Assembly (NCBI GenBank): GCA_963825135.1
Contig: CAWGRW010000009.1
Coordinates: 416,001-480,000 of the forward strand
Direction: 5' to 3'
Length of the DNA stretch: 64,000 nt
Source of the DNA: an uncultured bacterium
Lineage (GTDB): Bacteria > Desulfobacterota_D > UBA1144 > Nemesobacterales > UBA2774
Shown here: positions 57,825-64,000 of the stretch, in pieces
How the letters are laid out: each line of letters opens with the position of its first letter
Numbering within the stretch: the first letter of the stretch is position 1
Translations under genes and position numbers: made by a program
The notes under the pieces: generated by a model
The model's input: the letters and a program-made list of their open reading frames with translations, nothing else
The model's database searches: none
What the model was told of the DNA's origin: nothing

Positions 57825-57896
57825 ATTATCACACGCACCCTCCGGCCGTGTCAATCCTCGATAAAGTTGACAAACCGCTCGCATTGATGAGATAAT
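57825..57896. promoter_or_regulatory. Back-to-back divergent sigma70 promoters
   Basis: Minus: TTGACA(57854-57849)-N18-GATAAT; plus: TTGACA(57867-57872)-N18-GATAAT. Confidence 0.6.
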
Positions 57897-57947
57897 GGCA
57901 CTGGACAGGTCTTAATCGAACGATATTTCACCTATACAAGAAATCTT

Positions 57948-58781
57948 ATGATAATACCGGACACGATGACGGGGGCGCGCTTCTCCTCTGGTATTTACTC
58001 ACCGGAGCGTCTCTTCTATTCCTCGTCTATGACCTCGAAACGAATACCCCCGCCCAGTGGGTGATGAAGCTCGCCTGGATACTGATAGTCCTGTACACGG
58101 GTCCCCTCGGGCTTTTCATATACATGCTCTCCTGCCGTGAGCCCCTGCCCGGGACGCACGACGCATTCATCGCGCCCCACTGGAAGCAGTCGGTCGGCTC
58201 TCTCATGCACTGCGTCGCCGGGGACGCGACGGGGATCATACTGGGCGCTATCGTCACGTACCATCTCGCTCTCCCAAACGGCATAGACCTCATCATCGAA
58301 TACGCGGCCGGCTTTCGTCGTGGGGCTCCTGATTTTCCAGGCGCTGTTCATGAAATCCATGGCCGGGGGGAATTACCTCGAAGCCGTAAAAAAGACCTTC
58401 TTCGCCGAGACCGTATCGATGAACTTCGTAATGGTCGGCATGATCCCCGTGATGGCGATATTGAGGATGAAGATACCGGGCGGGGCCGACCCGAAGGGGC
58501 TCATGTTCTGGGGGATATCCTCTATAGCGACGATTGCCGGGGCCATAGCCGCGTATCCGGTAAACTCCTGGCTCGTAGGGAGCGGGCTCAAGCACGGCAT
58601 GATGTCGGCGGTATCGGGGAAAACGTCCATGCAAGGGATGCCCGGCATGCCCGGGCAAGAGCATCACGAACCCCCTCATGTGCCGCTCATGAAAAAACTT
58701 GGCGTGTTTCTCATCTCGGCGGGGTTTCTTCTGGCCGCCGTGTGGGCCACGTCGCTCGTCGTGGAGTTAAAGCTCCGCTAA
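57948..58781 (+). pseudogene. DUF4396 membrane protein with two frameshifts (pseudogene or sequencing artefact)
   Basis: ALLLWYLL...MKLAWILIVLYTGPLG...MHCVAGDATG (one frame) then GLLIFQALFM...FAETVSMN...AYPVNSWLV.GLKHGM (next frame); shifts near 57976 and 58313. Confidence 0.8.
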
Positions 58782-58837
58782 CTTTATCGCTCCCCGCAAA
58801 CATTGTTACGGAGTGAACAGGTGATAGAATTACGCTA

Positions 58838-59488
58838 ATGGTAAGCGGCAAATCCCTCGAAGAGTTAAAATCCGAATATGCGCGCAGGAAAGAGTCGATA
58901 GAAGCGCAGCTAGGCGAGTTCAGGAAGATACGGGATAGCGCGGACGACGGGAGGATTTTCGAAGAGCTCGCGTACTGCATACTTACATCCGCAGTGGGAC
59001 CGAGGGTAGGGCTCAGGTCGCTTGAAGCGATAAGAGACATACTGCCGGACGGGACGGCCGAGGAGCTCGAAAGCAGACTGAAAGGTATCCACAAGTACCC
59101 CGAAAAAGCATATTACATAGTTCACACGCGCGAGTACCTGAAAAAGGAGTACGGCTTTCACCTGCGCACGCTCGTCGATTCATTCGATGACCCCCGGGAA
59201 AGGAGGGACTTCTTCGCTCTCAACAGGGATATAAAGGGGCTCGGCTACACACAGGCGAGCCATTTTCTTAGAAACATCGGCTTCAGCGGTTACGCCATAC
59301 TGGATAAGAACGTCGTAAAATCGCTATACGAGTTAGGCATTATAGATTCCGCGAAGCCGCCCTCGACAGGAAAGAAATACAAGGAGATAGAAGAAAGGAT
59401 GAAGGCCCTGGCTGGAGAGCTCGGGATAGGACTGGACGAGCTCGACATGTTCCTCTGGAGCGTTAAAACGGGCCGGATACCGCTATGA
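58838..59488 (+). CDS. Ogg2-type N-glycosylase/DNA lyase homolog (archaeal/Thermotoga 8-oxoguanine glycosylase family)
   Basis: FEELAYCILT, IKGLGYTQASHFLRNIG, AILD, YKEIE, ELDMFLW. Confidence 0.85.
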   Translation: MVSGKSLEELKSEYARRKESIEAQLGEFRKIRDSADDGRIFEELAYCILTSAVGPRVGLRSLEAIRDILPDGTAEELESRLKGIHKYPEKAYYIVHTREYLKKEYGFHLRTLVDSFDDPRERRDFFALNRDIKGLGYTQASHFLRNIGFSGYAILDKNVVKSLYELGIIDSAKPPSTGKKYKEIEERMKALAGELGIGLDELDMFLWSVKTGRIPL

Positions 59489-59520
59489 CCGTGGAATAAT
59501 CCATTCGGGGAGCGAACCGT

Positions 59521-60189
59521 CTACAATCCAAGCTCGATGAATACTTCCGCGTACTCCATTATCGTCATACCCGAGGTCTCGCCGAAGACCGCCCTGTACC
59601 TGTTGAGTCCCCTCATCCCGTCGGTGTAATCCTTGTAGTCGATCTGGCTCCGGTGGGCGTCAATAGCGGCTGTTTTCAGGTGCATCTGGAGAGAGATGTC
59701 TTCGATCCTGTCGTATGTCCCGAAAGGCGTCCATACCTCGTAGCACCAGACTTTAAGGGAAGGCGGCAGGCCGCCCGCGGGAACGGCTCTCACGGTTTCA
59801 AGCGCTATCGATGACACCGCCCTGTGCGTCGGGTGCTTGTCGATCTCGGGATGGGGCATATAAATCTCTTCGGGCTTGAACCTTATTAATGCCGCGCTCA
59901 GCTCCGACCGGAACTTGCTCTTGTTTTCGTCGCTCTTCACGTCCCCGAGCCCGAGGAGTATAAGGTATTCGATTCCCAGAATACCGACGGCCTCCCTGAC
60001 CTCGGACTCCCTCAGCCGGGCGACCTCGTCCTCGCTGAGGCCGTAAACGCTCGTGCTCCGCCTCCCGTCCGTTACGACCAGTGAGACCACGTTGAGGCCG
60101 CCGTCGATAAGCTTGGCCGCCGTGCCGCCCATTCCTATCTCCAGGTCGTCGGGGTGCGGCGAGATCACGATTACGTTTCTTTCCTGCAT
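59521..60189 (-). CDS. PIG-L / LmbE family deacetylase
   Basis: SPHPDDLEIGMGG, TDG, R..E, HPTH, HRSQ. Confidence 0.9.
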   Translation of the reverse strand: MQERNVIVISPHPDDLEIGMGGTAAKLIDGGLNVVSLVVTDGRRSTSVYGLSEDEVARLRESEVREAVGILGIEYLILLGLGDVKSDENKSKFRSELSAALIRFKPEEIYMPHPEIDKHPTHRAVSSIALETVRAVPAGGLPPSLKVWCYEVWTPFGTYDRIEDISLQMHLKTAAIDAHRSQIDYKDYTDGMRGLNRYRAVFGETSGMTIMEYAEVFIELGL

Positions 60190-60259
60190 GGTTTTAGTAT
60201 TCCTTGACAATTCCCTCTTATCAATCACCATTAATTTAACTGAAAGGAGACCGAGGGAT

Positions 60260-61688
60260 ATGGAATACGAGCCCGTTATAGGACTTGAGGTCCACGCGCA
60301 GCTTGAGACTAAATCTAAAATATTTTCGCCGGCGGCTACGGAGTTCGGAGCGCCGCCCAATACGCAGGTAAACCCCATTTGCATCGGAATGCCGGGCGTG
60401 CTTCCGGTGCTTAACAAAAAAGCACTCGAGTACGCCGTGAAGGCCGCGCTCGCGCTCAACTGCGAGATACACGGCCGCTCCCGGTTCGCCCGAAAAAACT
60501 ACTTCTACCCGGACCTGCCCAAGGGGTATCAGATTTCACAGTACGAGGAGCCCTTCTCGACGAACGGCTGGATCGACATAGGCGCGGACGGGGCTGTCAA
60601 AAGGATAAAGATTACGAGGATACACATGGAGGAGGACGCAGGAAAGCTGATACACGAGAATACGGGCAGCTCGAGCTACGTCGATCTCAACCGCGCCGGG
60701 GTACCGCTCATAGAAATCGTGAGCGAGCCAGAAATATCGGACGCCGAAGAGGCGGTTCTATACATGAAAAAGCTCCGCTCCATTCTTAGATATATCGGGG
60801 TCTGCGACGGCAACATGGAGGAAGGGAGCCTTAGGTGCGACGCCAACGTGTCGATCCGCCCTCGAGGGACAAAGACGCTCGGCACGAAAGTCGAGATAAA
60901 GAACGTGAACTCGTTCAGGTTCGTGCAGAAGGCAATCGAGTACGAGATTAAGAGGCAGATTTCGGTCGTCGAGGCGGGTGATAAAGTAGTTCAGGAAACG
61001 AGGCTCTTCGACGCGAATAAGGGCGTCACGTTCTCGATGAGGACAAAGGAAGAGGCCCACGACTACAGGTATTTCCCGGACCCGGACCTCCTGCCGGTGG
61101 CGATCGGGAATGAGAAGATAGAGGAGCTGCGTGCGTCCCTGCCGGAGCTCCCTGACCTGAGGCTCGGGAGGTTCATCGGCGAATACAAACTGCCCGCGTA
61201 CGACGCTGCCGTGCTTACGGCGTCAAAAGAGATCGCCGACTATTTCGAGGAATGCCTCGTCACCTATAATAATCCGAAAGCGGTGAGCAACTGGATAATG
61301 ACCGAAGTCCTCAGGGAGATGAAGGACGAGGACGATTCGGGGGAGATGCCCGTCAGTCCCCGGAGTCTTTCGGAGCTTCTTCAACTTATCGATGACGGGA
61401 CGATAAGCGGGAAGATAGCCAAGGACGTTTTCGCCGATATGGTTTCGAGCGGCAAGTCGGCGAAGCAGATCGTCGGGGAAAAGGGCATAAAGCAGATATC
61501 GGACAGGGGAGAGCTCGAAAACATAATAGCGGATATCTTGAAGAGCCATCCGGGAGAAATCTCGAGATTTAAAGCTGGCGACGAGAAGCTCATCAGGGTT
61601 CTTCGTCGGCAAGGTGATGAAGGCGACTCAGGGTAAGGCGAACCCGAAGGTAGTGAACGAGATATTGACTGAAGAGCTTGCGAAATAA
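60260..61688 (+). CDS. gatB: Asp/Glu-tRNA amidotransferase subunit B; +1 frameshift near 61594
   Basis: [44 protein letters not shown]; removing one base restores [24 protein letters not shown]...TAA. Confidence 0.96.
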
Positions 61689-61735
61689 TATTCTGTGGCG
61701 GGCTTCCGGCTTTACCAGCCGGTACTGCTGCGGGC

Positions 61736-62860
61736 TCAGACTTTATATTTACTCAACTCGAACATGAGATGTTTCAGGTACTCCGAGCTTGAACCGGCGA
61801 CGCGCTTTTTGATGTCCTTCCATTCCTCTATAGGGATTTCCGTGAACACTTCGACAACCTCGGGATCGAACTGGGAGCCCGAGGCCTCGGTTATCCTCTG
61901 CACGGCGTCCTCGAAAGATATCGCCTTCCTGTAAGTCCTCCGCGAGGTCATCGCGTCGAGCGCGTCCACTACCGAGAATATTCTCGCGCCGAGCGGTATC
62001 CCGTCTCCTGAAAGCCCCGCCGGATACCCCTGCCCGTCGTACCTCTCGTGGTGCGTATGGACTATCCTGGCGGACTCCTCGAGGAAATCTATCTTGTTCA
62101 GCAGCGCGTATCCGAATTCCGCGTGCTTCCTCATGAGATCCCACTCTTCTTCCGTGAGCTTGTCGGGTTTGAGGAGAATATGATCGGGCACGCCTATCTT
62201 TCCGATGTCGTGGAGCAGCGCCCCTTTCGCTATTACCGAAAGCTCCTGATCGCTGAGGTTCATGTGCTTGCCGAGGTTGATCGCGTACTCGGTAACCCTG
62301 TAGGAGTGATAACCCGTTTCATGCTCCCTCAGGTCGAGAGCCAGAATCATAGCTTCGAGAGTGCCCGAATACGCCCTGACCAGCTCCTCCGTCTGCGCTA
62401 TGACCTTCTTCTCGAGATTCTTCTGATAATCCTTATTCGACTTTATGAGATTCGACCTTTCTATGGCACGCCTAATTACGGTATCCACGTCGTTCACGTT
62501 GAAAGGTTTGAAGACGTAATCATACGCCCCTTCCTTCAAGGCGGCCCTTACGTTTTCTATATCACGCGACGCCGATACCATTATGATGGAGAGGTCGGGC
62601 GAGTAGGCTTTCAGCTTTTTAAGGGTCTCAATGCCGTTTAGCTTCGGCATCTGGATATCGAGGAGGACGACGTCGTAGTCCTTCACCCGGTAGAACTTCT
62701 CCAGGCATTCGAGACCGTTCCCGGCGACGTCGCACCTGTAACCGAGCTCTTCGAGAGCCTCGACGAAGAGACTCCTTATCGAGTCCTCGTCGTCCACAAT
62801 GAGGACCTTCTCCCCGGTTATTCTCACAGGATCATATGAGATCTGTTTGGCCATTTCCAT
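61736..62860 (-). CDS. Response regulator with HD-GYP domain (RpfG-like c-di-GMP phosphodiesterase)
   Basis: REC (VDDE, LLDIQMP, FKPF); HSYRV, HDIGKIG, HHERYDGQGYP. Confidence 0.93.
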   Translation of the reverse strand: MEMAKQISYDPVRITGEKVLIVDDEDSIRSLFVEALEELGYRCDVAGNGLECLEKFYRVKDYDVVLLDIQMPKLNGIETLKKLKAYSPDLSIIMVSASRDIENVRAALKEGAYDYVFKPFNVNDVDTVIRRAIERSNLIKSNKDYQKNLEKKVIAQTEELVRAYSGTLEAMILALDLREHETGYHSYRVTEYAINLGKHMNLSDQELSVIAKGALLHDIGKIGVPDHILLKPDKLTEEEWDLMRKHAEFGYALLNKIDFLEESARIVHTHHERYDGQGYPAGLSGDGIPLGARIFSVVDALDAMTSRRTYRKAISFEDAVQRITEASGSQFDPEVVEVFTEIPIEEWKDIKKRVAGSSSEYLKHLMFELSKYKV

Positions 62861-63021
62861 ATTGACTATTATCCACGAAGCTGCAAATTCTTCCAAGCAG
62901 AGTTTTCGTTCGATTCCCATATACTCCGCTTGCCGAGATTAAACGGGAGGGCATCCACTACCCATCACCCCGATGAGCGCTGCATATAACCCCCTATATC
63001 GTTAAATATACTGTAAAAAAA

Positions 63022-63050
63022 TTGACACTGGCATTTTTAGTATGTATTTT
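63022..63050 (+). promoter_or_regulatory. Sigma70-type promoter of carA
   Basis: TTGACA-N17-TATTTT just upstream of the ATG. Confidence 0.5.
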
Positions 63051-63062
63051 CCAACCGAATTC

Positions 63063-64000
63063 ATGAAACCAGCGACTCTCGTAGTTGAAGACGGTACTGT
63101 TTTTGAGGGTTTCAGCTTCGGAGCCGAGGGTGAGGCCTATGGAGAGGTCGTATTCAACACCTCCATTACCGGCTACCAGGAGATAATCACCGACCCCTCC
63201 TACAACGGTCAGATAGTAACCATGACATACCCGGAAATCGGGAATTACGGGGTCAATACCGAGGACGTAGAATCGAGAAAGCCCTTCTTAAAGGCTCTGA
63301 TTGTTAAAGAATATTGGAAGGACCCCTCGAATTGGCGCTCCGGCGGCAGCCTTGGAGCATATCTCTCGGATAACGGTGTCGTGGGGTTGGAAGGGATAGA
63401 CACGAGGTCCCTCACGAAGCTCATACGCTCGAAAGGGGCCCAGAAAGCCGTAATATCGACTATAGAGTCCGACCCGAAGAAATTAATTAAAAAAGTACGC
63501 GCTTCACAGGGGATAGTGGGTATCGACCTGGTAACCGAGGTCAGCTGCGAGAACCCTTATAAGTGGGATGAAGGAACAGGGGCGTGGAGACCGGCGACTG
63601 AGAAACCGTCTGTGGACAGGAAGCGGTTCAGGGTGGCCGCGTACGATTACGGGCTCAAGCAAAATATACTGAGAAAGCTGGTCGACCACGGCTGCGACGT
63701 CTCGGTGGTCCCGTCGAGGACGCCTCCTCACGAAATACTCTCTATGAAGCCTGACGGAATATTCCTCTCGAACGGTCCCGGAGACCCGGCGGCGGTCGCA
63801 TACGCGGTCGAGAGCATAAGGACTCTTATAGGAAAGAAACCCATATTCGGAATCTGTCTCGGTCATCAGATACTGGGCCTCGCCCTGGGAGGATCGACAT
63901 ACAAGCTGAAATTCGGGCACAGGGGGGCGAACCAGCCGGTCAAGAACCTGAGAACCGGCAAGGTCGAGATCACCTCACAGAACCACGGTTTCGCCGTGGA
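63063..64000 (+). CDS. carA: Carbamoyl-phosphate synthase small subunit (partial, runs off window)
   Basis: Manual translation: [59 protein letters not shown]. Confidence 0.96.
   Translation, partial: MKPATLVVEDGTVFEGFSFGAEGEAYGEVVFNTSITGYQEIITDPSYNGQIVTMTYPEIGNYGVNTEDVESRKPFLKALIVKEYWKDPSNWRSGGSLGAYLSDNGVVGLEGIDTRSLTKLIRSKGAQKAVISTIESDPKKLIKKVRASQGIVGIDLVTEVSCENPYKWDEGTGAWRPATEKPSVDRKRFRVAAYDYGLKQNILRKLVDHGCDVSVVPSRTPPHEILSMKPDGIFLSNGPGDPAAVAYAVESIRTLIGKKPIFGICLGHQILGLALGGSTYKLKFGHRGANQPVKNLRTGKVEITSQNHGFAV

Noticed and set aside
60053..60459. Apparent long overlap between gatB and the PIG-L gene
   Set aside because: Artefact of longest-ORF calling; real starts 60260 (+) and 60189 (-) are divergent and do not overlap.
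51460..61600. Programmed ribosomal frameshifting at the four frameshift sites
   Set aside because: No slippery heptamers or stimulatory structures seen; genes are unrelated; assembly error is simpler.
62921..63062. PyrR attenuator upstream of carA
   Set aside because: No PyrR-binding loop or terminator hairpin visible; the promoter is too close to the ATG.
63504..63920. 138-aa minus-strand ORF
   Set aside because: Antisense shadow of carA.

Overview
GC-rich bacterial chromosomal window (gene content and style suggest a deep-branching Desulfobacterota/Dadabacteria-like aerobe; this is inference only). Housekeeping genes: fumC, hisS, gatB, carA (partial), tatA/B, tamA-like Omp85, degQ. Accessory modules: (1) an ECF sigma / zinc anti-sigma / PspA / vWA envelope-stress locus with two matching SigW-like promoters; (2) two tandem DUF3943-plus-beta-barrel outer-membrane paralogs among glycosyl- and methyltransferases; (3) a clear c-di-GMP-I (GEMM-I) riboswitch, with a degenerate inverted copy of itself, upstream of a 1390-aa TPR protein whose N-terminus looks like a degenerate TIR/nucleoside-deoxyribosyltransferase-like domain, flanked by zinc-ribbon and HEAT-repeat genes (the best candidate for an undescribed system); (4) a caa3 oxidase + Rieske/cytochrome b-c operon with three bridging mini-ORFs and an adjacent NDH-2; (5) two ECF sigmas, RskA, DUF547, a circularly permuted TrxB-like/membrane ferredoxin fusion and a GT2. 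Several probable pseudoenzymes (M3-like peptidase, Ogg) and several REP-like palindromic repeat families are present. Four small frameshifts after 51 kb, one in essential gatB, are most likely sequencing/assembly indels. No rRNA, tRNA, CRISPR array or transposase was seen. All family calls are by motif recognition, not database search.
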